Assembly: GCA_964010765.1 (NCBI GenBank)
Contig: CAXGMD010000009.1
Coordinates: 1-62,729 of the forward strand
Length of the DNA stretch: 62,729 nucleotides
Direction of reading: 5' to 3'
DNA from: an uncultured bacterium
GTDB taxonomy: Bacteria; SAR324; NAC60-12
Shown: piece after piece, positions 9,507 through 17,360 of the stretch
How positions within the stretch are numbered: position 1 is the stretch's first letter
Layout: every line of letters begins with the position of its first letter
The notes under the pieces: generated by a model
Database searches by the model: none
What the model saw: only the letters and a program-made list of their open reading frames with translations
What the model was told of the DNA's origin: nothing
Translations under genes and position numbers: made by a program

Positions 9507-10703
9507 ATGAAAAATTTGCGAAAACTTGACCGAGTTGAATTGCAGGGCAAAAGAGTTCTTTTGAGAGCGGATCTTAATGTTCCCATGAAGGAAGGCAAGG
9601 TCACTGATGCTACACGCATTCAAAGGTTTATCCCAACTCTTCAGTATTTGCATAAAGCGGGTGCGATTGTCATCGTTACCAGTCACCTGGGTAGGCCCAA
9701 GGGAAAGTTTAATGCTGCAATGTCTCTGAAACCAGTTGCAGATTCATTGGCTCAATTATCCAACCTGAGAATCGAATTCATTGGAGCATCAGTGGGCCAG
9801 GAAGCATTGGCTAAGACGAAAGGGATGAAAGCGGGGGACGTAGCTTTACTTGAAAATCTTCGGTTTCACCTTGAGGAAGAAGCAAATGATTCCGAGTTTG
9901 CTGAGCAGCTAGCTGCGCATGCAGAAATTTATGTGAACGACGCCTTCTCTGCGGCTCATCGAGCCCACGCTTCAACCCATGCGATCAGCAAGTTTCTGCC
10001 AGCATATGCTGGCCCTAGTATGGTAGCTGAACTGGAAGCACTTCAAGCCGCGCTTGGTGATCCCAAACGTCCAGTTGCAGCCCTGGTTGGTGGTGCAAAA
10101 GTGTCCAGTAAAATTGATGTGCTCCAGCACTTAGTGCCACGCATGGATAAGCTGATCATTGGTGGTGGAATGGCAAACACCTTTCTTCTCGCTCAGGGAA
10201 TGAAAATTGGGAAATCACTAGCTGAAGCAGATTTAGTAGAAACCGCTAAGGCTATTCTAGGAAAGGCGAAGGAGTGCGGCTGTGAGATTTTACTGCCAGT
10301 TGATGCAGTTGTCGCGAATGCTCTGAGCGCTGACGCGCTTTCCCAAACGGTGCATGTTGACAATGTGGCAGAAGATCAGATGATTCTAGATGTTGGGCCA
10401 GACTCGATTGAACTGTTCAACAATCATCTTGGGAAATGCCAAACTCTGCTTTGGAATGGGCCACTAGGTGCTTTTGAAGTCAATCCCTTTGGCGAAGGAA
10501 CTTTCGCGGTTGCCAAGGAAGCTGCCGAATTAACCAAGACAGGAAAATTACTTACGGTTGCAGGCGGTGGAGATACTGTTGCGGCTCTCAACGTTGCAGG
10601 TGTGGCGGCATCCTTCAGTTACGTTTCGACAGCAGGTGGCGCTTTTTTGGAGTGGCTGGAAGGTAAGGAACTTCCTGGAGTTAGTGTGTTGTTTGAATCA
10701 TGA
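9507..10703 (+). CDS. pgk: Phosphoglycerate kinase
   Basis: RADLNVP, SHLGRPKG, LLENLRF, YVNDAFSAAHRAHAS, VGGAKVSSKI, IGGGMANTF, WNGPLGAFE, AGGGDT, STAGGAFLEWLEGKELPGV; GAAGGG SD. Confidence 0.97.
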   Translation: MKNLRKLDRVELQGKRVLLRADLNVPMKEGKVTDATRIQRFIPTLQYLHKAGAIVIVTSHLGRPKGKFNAAMSLKPVADSLAQLSNLRIEFIGASVGQEALAKTKGMKAGDVALLENLRFHLEEEANDSEFAEQLAAHAEIYVNDAFSAAHRAHASTHAISKFLPAYAGPSMVAELEALQAALGDPKRPVAALVGGAKVSSKIDVLQHLVPRMDKLIIGGGMANTFLLAQGMKIGKSLAEADLVETAKAILGKAKECGCEILLPVDAVVANALSADALSQTVHVDNVAEDQMILDVGPDSIELFNNHLGKCQTLLWNGPLGAFEVNPFGEGTFAVAKEAAELTKTGKLLTVAGGGDTVAALNVAGVAASFSYVSTAGGAFLEWLEGKELPGVSVLFES

Positions 10704-10715
10704 TTGCAAAGCAAT

Positions 10716-10755
10716 GGCTGGGAATTAGACGATATTCCCAGTCTGAATTTTTTTA
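10716..10755 (+). terminator. Rho-independent terminator after pgk
   Basis: GGCTGGGAAT-loop-ATTCCCAGTC stem (10716-10743) followed by TGAA and a T run. Confidence 0.7.
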
Positions 10756-10761
10756 AAATCA

Positions 10762-10959
10762 TCAACTTAGTGACTTTTCATCGCGGTATAATTTCCAAGT
10801 TCTTCTAGCCCATTTTTCATCGAAACCACGTTTCTCAGCCTCAATAATCCACTCAACTTCTGATCCTATCAGGAGTGTTCTTACCATTTCATCTACGTCC
10901 CAGTCCTCAATTTGTTTTTCACCTTTGAGCCATTCTGGCAGCCAATCGGATGAATCCAT
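10762..10959 (-). CDS. Small Trp-rich hypothetical protein (65 aa)
   Basis: ATG-started ORF in the gap after the pgk terminator, not overlapping other genes, with protein-like composition. Confidence 0.55.
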   Translation of the reverse strand: MDSSDWLPEWLKGEKQIEDWDVDEMVRTLLIGSEVEWIIEAEKRGFDEKWARRTWKLYRDEKSLS

Positions 10960-11153
10960 TTTCTACTTACATTGCTGTTGGTTTTCTGCAATATGTTGCT
11001 GTCGATTTTGAAAGGAAATAGTTTAACGGTACTTGCACAGCAGCTACAAGATGACCTTGGAACTTCGATGTTTGATCGAAAATTTTTCACAAGGGTAAGG
11101 TTTTCAAGCTCATCCAGATGATCAAAGCAAATGATTCAGGCGAGAGGGTTCTC

Positions 11154-12008
11154 ATGAAAAATAACGTGTTCCCGATTGAGAACGGGATAAACCTATTCAT
11201 TTACGGAACACTTTTACCCGGTTGTAGGCTTGAGAAAAAAATTATCGGTTGTTCACGAAGAGGCCCAGTACTCTTAGAGGGCGCTGAGCTATATGACTTG
11301 GGTGCGTATCCAGGGATGGTTCTTGGAAGAGGTACTGTGGTTGGAGCATGGATTACAGTTTCTCCAGATGCATTGATCTTATTAGATAAAATCGAAGGCT
11401 ATCAGAGTGCCCTTGCAGCAGAGGATTGTCCATACCTACGTCGACCAGTTGAAGTCACGAGGTTTGCGGATGGCCAACGGGTCAGATTACAAAGTTATCT
11501 CTTGAATCAGGATCCTAAGGGACTTGCTAGGATCAATCATGGATGCTATCGCCGTCATCTAGTTGAAAAACAAACATCTGGGAATTGGATCCTGGCATAC
11601 GGTTCAAACCTCAGCACCGCTCGTCTTGAGGAAAGAGTTGGAAAACTTGATAGAGCTAGGTCAGGTTGGATCCCAGAATTTCGATTGGTTTTCAACAAAC
11701 AATCTGGAACTGACAATCAACACACCGCAGCAAATATTCAATTTGACCCAACTGCTCGTACACCAGCGGTAGCTTGGTGGTTGGAAAGCAATCAGATCTC
11801 TGAATTGGACCGCTATGAGGGAGTCCCAGATCATTATTTTCGAATTGGAGTGCCTTTTGTGGATCGGTCTCATCCAAACGAAGTGGAGTATTTGCAGGGA
11901 TATGTCGCTCACCCTGACCAGCTCTCGAGCGGACGGCCTTCTGAGAAATATCTGAGTTACCTAAAAATCGGTTATCAAGAGCATGGCTTGGATTTACTTG
12001 AAATATAG
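11154..12008 (+). CDS. Tandem gamma-glutamylcyclotransferase (GGCT/AIG2-like) two-domain protein
   Basis: Domain 1: LFIYGTL...YDLGAYPGMV...LDKIEG...YLRRPV. Domain 2: ILAYGSNL...LVFNK...LDRYEGVP.HY.R...PSEKYL. GAGAGGG SD before ATG 11154; ATG 11118 is an alternative start. Confidence 0.85.
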   Translation: MKNNVFPIENGINLFIYGTLLPGCRLEKKIIGCSRRGPVLLEGAELYDLGAYPGMVLGRGTVVGAWITVSPDALILLDKIEGYQSALAAEDCPYLRRPVEVTRFADGQRVRLQSYLLNQDPKGLARINHGCYRRHLVEKQTSGNWILAYGSNLSTARLEERVGKLDRARSGWIPEFRLVFNKQSGTDNQHTAANIQFDPTARTPAVAWWLESNQISELDRYEGVPDHYFRIGVPFVDRSHPNEVEYLQGYVAHPDQLSSGRPSEKYLSYLKIGYQEHGLDLLEI

Positions 12009-12111
12009 GATCAGTCACTTGCTAAAGCTGATTGATGGATTGTTTTCAAAACACCCAGACCTTTCAAATTTCATTTCAATTTTGAGAAATCACTGAAGTC
12101 TAACTTCCGTC

Positions 12112-13038
12112 ATGATCCCTCTCTATATCTGGCCACTATTTGCGCTGGCATTAGTTGCGATTAGTAGTGCTGGTTTAGTTTTTCAGGAATTAGGAGAAGT
12201 CCCTCCATTGCTCCGTGCATCTTGGAGGATGCAAGCAACTTCTCTGGTACTACTGCCTCTCTTTCTATGGCAGTGGCAGTTGCTCCGAAAATTACAAATC
12301 AGCCTCCAGGATATTTTGATTTTACTGGGCTCAAGCGTTTGCTTGGGGATGCACTTTGGTTTTTGGGTGTGGTCACTTGACCACACCAGTCTTGTTCATA
12401 GCTTGCTATTCGTAACAAGTCATCCCTTGGTGATTGTTGCTCTGATGCCGATCTTGGGACAACAGTTGCGCAAAGGACATATTTGGGGAACAGCATTGGG
12501 TGTTATGGGAGCCTTGATTACCCTGAAGGATACGGAAGATAGTGGAACAGTCACTCTAATCGGGGATCTGGTCGCGATCGCGGGGGCGGTAGCTGTAGTT
12601 GGTTATTTCTATGCGGGACACCACCTGCGTTCAAAGAGACAATGGCCAATCTTTGTCTATGCTCTACCAGTCACAATGCTCGCCGGTATTTGGCTGGGTT
12701 TGGCCTCTTGGGCCTGGGAGGAGTCCGTTGGTCCTTTCTCTATTAATTGGGGATGGTTTGGCTGGTGGAAGTCTGATTGGATCTGGGCTGTGGCTTATCT
12801 TGCCTTTGGTCCAGGGTTATGCGGCCACACTGGTTTAAACACGGTAATGCGCTACCTACCACCTGTGGTTGTTTCAGTAGGAATGCTACTGGAACCATTG
12901 CTGGGTGGCATCATTGAATGGTTTTGGCGAGGTGGAACTGGGCCGGGGTTCTGGACCTGGTTGGGTGCACCTCTGTTGTTAATAGGGGCGGGTTGGGTAA
13001 CTCTAACAAACGCTCGTTCTGAAGAAATGAGAGAGTAA
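12112..13038 (+). CDS. DMT/EamA family transporter
   Basis: About 10 hydrophobic segments in two EamA-like halves: HFGFWVWSLDHTSLVHSLLFVTSHPL, GDLVAIAGA, GHTGLNTVMRYL, LLEPLLG. Confidence 0.9.
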   Translation: MIPLYIWPLFALALVAISSAGLVFQELGEVPPLLRASWRMQATSLVLLPLFLWQWQLLRKLQISLQDILILLGSSVCLGMHFGFWVWSLDHTSLVHSLLFVTSHPLVIVALMPILGQQLRKGHIWGTALGVMGALITLKDTEDSGTVTLIGDLVAIAGAVAVVGYFYAGHHLRSKRQWPIFVYALPVTMLAGIWLGLASWAWEESVGPFSINWGWFGWWKSDWIWAVAYLAFGPGLCGHTGLNTVMRYLPPVVVSVGMLLEPLLGGIIEWFWRGGTGPGFWTWLGAPLLLIGAGWVTLTNARSEEMRE

Positions 13039-13137
13039 TTGGTTGCTGCAACACCTTTCGCAAAGCCAAGCTTGTACCCTTCAACCATTGTCCCATAGTC
13101 AGTTGATTTTCTAGAAATCTCTTTCTGTAGCATCAAG

Positions 13138-13592
13138 ATGAATGAATCAATTTCAGAAATTCGCCAAAGAGAACGTCTATTGCGGTTGGATGCTCACATT
13201 CGTTTCGAGTTTGAATTAACTGCTCAGCGGATGACCTACCTTGCTATCGCTCTATCCTTTCTTTTCTCTACCTTCATTCTAGCTTTAGCCAACAGCAGTA
13301 TTCCCAATGTTCATCCTCTTCTCCTCCGGGTAATCTCGATGGTGCCCTGGTTTGGAATGTTGCTAGCCACCATCGTCCTTGCTTTTGTCTTTGTTTCATT
13401 TCATTGACACGCAAATTACGTAGAGAAAGATTCATCCTTGAGGGCGAAATCTCTCAAAGTGCACTCCATCCTGATGTGAGCCATGCCAGTTGGGAAATTG
13501 TTTTGGGACATTTGCCACCCGTTTGTGTCTCTTCTGCTTTTCTAGGTGCATGGATTCTGATTTGGCCAAGTAGTTCATCACTCTGGCCCTAA
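13138..13592 (+). pseudogene. Small 3-TM membrane protein split by an apparent 1-nt frameshift (ORFs 13138-13407 and 13404-13592)
   Basis: ORF1 ends at CAT TGA and ORF2 continues in the -1 frame as TTG ACA CGC. One extra T gives a continuous ~150-aa protein (..VSFH-LTRKLRRER..GHLPPVCVSSAFLGAWILIW). Confidence 0.6.
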
Positions 13593-13606
13593 ACCCCACA
13601 AAAATT

Positions 13607-16600
13607 ATGTCAGTCATTTTTTCTGATTATGAGGCACGTGCAAAGGCCTTGAATCCGTCTAAAAGTTTTATAGTCCAAGCCCCTGCTGGCTCTGGGAAGA
13701 CCGAGTTACTTACTCAACGAATTCTCTCCTTATTGGCGGTGGTGGAGAAACCAGAAGAAATCCTTGCCATCACATTTACGAACAAAGCGGCAGGTGAGAT
13801 GCGCGAGCGTCTTCTAAGGCAACTCCGTCTTGCTTCAGAGCATCTCGAGCCTCCAGAACTGGATCATGAAAAGCAAACATGGGAACTCGCCAGGGCTGCT
13901 CTTGAACAGGACTCTCGATCTAAATGGAATTTGTTGCGTCAACCCGAACGAATCAGGCTGCAGACGATCGATTCTTTTTGTGCTTCTCTTGTGCGCCGAA
14001 CACCTCTTAGCGCGGGAGTGGGTGGTCCGCTGACTGTGGAGGAGTTTCCCAAAGAGTTGTATCAAATGGCAGTTCGAGGGATTTTGGAGCGACTAGAAAA
14101 TGATACAGATCCCTTGAGCAGAGATGTTCAGACGATTCTTGAGCATTTACACAACCATATCAGTCGGCTAGAGGAGTTGTTGGTAGATTTGGTGGGTAGA
14201 AGAGAACAGTGGCTACGCTGGTTTCGTAAGCTCCCTAATGACATGGAAAAGATTCGAGAGAGTTTATCTGAGTCATTTGAACGAACAATTTCAGAAGAGA
14301 TGCTCACACTATGCAGCTTCCTTGAAAATAGCGATTATAGGTTGATTCAACCCTGCCTCCAAAGCGCTCAACCACATTTGACTCAGGTAGATCCGGAGTT
14401 GGCAAATAAAGTTTCAGAACTTCCCTACCAAACCCCTGAGGCCAAATTCTCAGATTTGGTTCATTGGCATACATTGGCACAATGCCTTCTCACTGGTAAA
14501 GGTAGTTGGAGAGAGCGATTAACCAAAAACCAAGGGTTTCCTACTGCCATTAAGGAAATCAAGCAATCTTTGGAGGAATGGCTGCAGCATCAGCCTGTAG
14601 AACATGCAGAAACCCTGAAGAATATTGCAAAGCTTCCTCTGCGACCAAATTTTGAAGAGCCTTCTTGGCAAGTTATAGAAGCTTTGCTCCGGCTTCTCCA
14701 GAGTGCTTCAGATGAGTTAAAAGGGGTATTTCGTGATCAGGCCAGGGTGGATTTTAGTGAGGTTTCCCAGAGAGCTCTTCTTACACTAGCAGATGAGAGC
14801 GTGGCTGAAGAGGACAATTTGTCAGATTTACGACATGTCCTAGTCGATGAATTCCAGGATACCAGCCATGGTCAGTTTGAATTGCTGGAAACCCTCACAA
14901 AAGGCTGGGATTCTCAATCAGGGAAGACGATCTTTCTGGTTGGGGATCCGATGCAGTCCATTTATCGATTTCGTCAAGCAGAAGTCAGCCTGTTCCGGAG
15001 AGTGCAGCAAATAGGGTTAGGTCAATTACACCCGGAGTCTCTCGTTCTTAAGCGAAATTTCCGCTCCCAAGCTGGAATCGTTGACTGGGTAAACCAAAAG
15101 TTCTCGCTAATCTTTCCAGCATTAGAAAATCCAGATATTGGTGCGATTGGTTACTCACAATCTGAGTCGCACCATCAGCATCTCGATGGAAATGCGGTTG
15201 AAGTTCATTTACTTGATAAAGAAAAGGTATCAGCTGAAGCAGAGTTGGTTTCTCAGCTTATTCACAAAACAGTTCAAAAACATGGAGTTGGACATTCAAT
15301 TGGTGTTTTGGTTCGCAACCGCAATCACCTACTAAAAATCCTCCCTCACTTACGTGCTTCCGGAGTCCAGTTCAGGGCTGTTGAAATTGAACCCCTTGCG
15401 AAGCGTCAAATCATTGATGACCTACTTCACCTAACTCGAGCGACGATTCACTCTGGAGATCGCGGTGCTTGGTTGGCGGTGTTGCGAGCACCATGGTGCG
15501 GATTGACTTTGGCAGATCTGACAGTCCTTTTTGGGCAAGATTTGCAGTCAACTATTCCTCACCTCCTACAGCAAGTTTGGAGTGAAGAACTGAGTTCTGA
15601 TGGAACCCAAAGACTACAAAATTTTCTGAAAGCTTGGGTGCCCGTCGCTCCTCAGCTTCAGCAGTTTGGTCTGCGTGGAGCCATAGAGTCCCTTTGGTTG
15701 AGGTTTCAAGGGCCGAAACTTTTACGAGAAGAAAGAGATTTGCTAGATGCCGAAAGTTTCTTTCGATTACTGGGAGAATTGGATCAGAAGAAATGGTTGT
15801 TGCCGGACCGATTCGATGAAGCTATGCAAGGCCTCTATTCGCAAACCCAAAATGCTGAAGCTCAAATTGAAGTGATGACTATGCACAAAGCGAAAGGACT
15901 TCAATTTGACACCGTTATACTTCCTGGACTTGATCGGAATGCAAAATCAGAGGGTGCTTCCTTGCTACGGTGGCAAGAACAGTCATTTAATGATGGCACC
16001 AGTTCATTGCTGTTGGCTCCAATCCAAGAATCTGGGCAAAAACAGCATCCCTTGTATTCATATCTGCAGGGCCTCGAGAGTCAGAAAGCCAATTTGGAAT
16101 CAGCACGTTTACTCTATGTGGCTGTGACTCGCGCTAAGAAATATCTACACATTCTTGGCAGCGTAAGCTTTGACGATGCTGATCAGCCCAAAGCCCCCAA
16201 TGCTGGGAGTTTGTTGTGGCGTTTGTGGCCTCATCTTGAGAAAGAGGTTTTGTTTGATGATCAAATCAAAAATCAGAGCTATCCAGAGATGGTTTTGGCT
16301 CAACAAGATATGCTGCTCAGAATCCCTCACTCAGCATTGAAAAACGAAGTACCCTCACAAGTTAATTCCAAACCAAATGACCTTGGTGAGGATGAAACAG
16401 ATCGTTTTGAAGATACTGCTGCTACTTCAATGGTTGGGACAGCAAGCTGGATTCGTAGGGAGATCGGAGTGCAGATTCATCAGGTTTTACAACAGATTTC
16501 GGAGGACGGACTTGAGAATTGGTCGTTTGAGAAACCAAAAGAAATGCGAAAAAAATGGCAGTGGGCTTTGGTTCAGAAAGGTATTCCAAATAAACTAATT

Positions 16601-16978
16601 CCAGCTGCCTTGAAACAACTTCAATCGATCATTGATATTTCACTTTCAAGTGAGCAGGGAAGATGGATTCTGGGTCACCATCGACTCGCAAAAAATGAGT
16701 ATGAGCTTGTGGTAGATTCAGGAAAAGGGATCAAGAGATATATTATTGATCGAACATTTGTAGATGAGCATGACCAGCGTTGGATCATTGATTACAAAAG
16801 TAGCGAACCGATGGACTCTGAGGATTTAAATGCCTTTTTCAGTAGAATGGAGCAACGATACAAAGCCCAACTCTCAGGCTATCTGAATCTATTCAATCTA
16901 TCAGAACCTAGTCGTCGTCATCGTTGTGGATTGTTCTTTCCCATGTTGGGACGCTTCCATGAAATCATGATGCAATAA
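13607..16978 (+). CDS. addA: AddA/RecB-like UvrD-family helicase with C-terminal PD-(D/E)XK nuclease
   Basis: APAGSGKT, ITFTNKAAGEM, VDEFQDT, VGDPMQSIYRFRQA, MTMHKAKGLQF, LLYVAVTRAK; nuclease motif IIDRTF...WIIDYKS. Confidence 0.9.
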   Translation: MSVIFSDYEARAKALNPSKSFIVQAPAGSGKTELLTQRILSLLAVVEKPEEILAITFTNKAAGEMRERLLRQLRLASEHLEPPELDHEKQTWELARAALEQDSRSKWNLLRQPERIRLQTIDSFCASLVRRTPLSAGVGGPLTVEEFPKELYQMAVRGILERLENDTDPLSRDVQTILEHLHNHISRLEELLVDLVGRREQWLRWFRKLPNDMEKIRESLSESFERTISEEMLTLCSFLENSDYRLIQPCLQSAQPHLTQVDPELANKVSELPYQTPEAKFSDLVHWHTLAQCLLTGKGSWRERLTKNQGFPTAIKEIKQSLEEWLQHQPVEHAETLKNIAKLPLRPNFEEPSWQVIEALLRLLQSASDELKGVFRDQARVDFSEVSQRALLTLADESVAEEDNLSDLRHVLVDEFQDTSHGQFELLETLTKGWDSQSGKTIFLVGDPMQSIYRFRQAEVSLFRRVQQIGLGQLHPESLVLKRNFRSQAGIVDWVNQKFSLIFPALENPDIGAIGYSQSESHHQHLDGNAVEVHLLDKEKVSAEAELVSQLIHKTVQKHGVGHSIGVLVRNRNHLLKILPHLRASGVQFRAVEIEPLAKRQIIDDLLHLTRATIHSGDRGAWLAVLRAPWCGLTLADLTVLFGQDLQSTIPHLLQQVWSEELSSDGTQRLQNFLKAWVPVAPQLQQFGLRGAIESLWLRFQGPKLLREERDLLDAESFFRLLGELDQKKWLLPDRFDEAMQGLYSQTQNAEAQIEVMTMHKAKGLQFDTVILPGLDRNAKSEGASLLRWQEQSFNDGTSSLLLAPIQESGQKQHPLYSYLQGLESQKANLESARLLYVAVTRAKKYLHILGSVSFDDADQPKAPNAGSLLWRLWPHLEKEVLFDDQIKNQSYPEMVLAQQDMLLRIPHSALKNEVPSQVNSKPNDLGEDETDRFEDTAATSMVGTASWIRREIGVQIHQVLQQISEDGLENWSFEKPKEMRKKWQWALVQKGIPNKLIPAALKQLQSIIDISLSSEQGRWILGHHRLAKNEYELVVDSGKGIKRYIIDRTFVDEHDQRWIIDYKSSEPMDSEDLNAFFSRMEQRYKAQLSGYLNLFNLSEPSRRHRCGLFFPMLGRFHEIMMQ

Positions 16979-17116
16979 TACCATGAATTAGATGGCTTTT
17001 AGGTCAATTTGTACTTCAGGCTATTGATATGGTTCCTTCCTCTTTGAACTGCTGTACAGCCCAGCATCGTCACCTATTGACTTGCCTTTGGAATAGATAA
17101 CGAAAATTCTTGTCGA

Positions 17117-17145
17117 TTGCGTTTCAAACGACCGGATGATATAAG
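17117..17145 (+). promoter_or_regulatory. Candidate sigma70 promoter for gltBD
   Basis: TTGCGT (17117-22), 17-nt spacer, TATAAG (17140-45), with an extended -10 TG. Confidence 0.5.
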
Positions 17146-17360
17146 GCATTCATTAAAATTTCGGAGTAATCGACTACTTGCGCCAATCCCATCTCCCCAA
17201 GAATTAAGCGGATCTCGGCGAAATTTCCGAATCGCAATCCCGTGCGAACAAAATTCAATAACATACGCTTGCTGATGCGATTTGGTCATTAAACGCCTAA
17301 TCTCAGAAGGCCGCGACTAGTGAACTGAATACTGAATTTGTCTTCCGAGCAAGGACACTG

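Noticed and set aside
17074..17289. 71-aa minus-strand ORF upstream of gltB
   Set aside because: No recognisable motif or clear SD; it overlaps the candidate gltB promoter and leader
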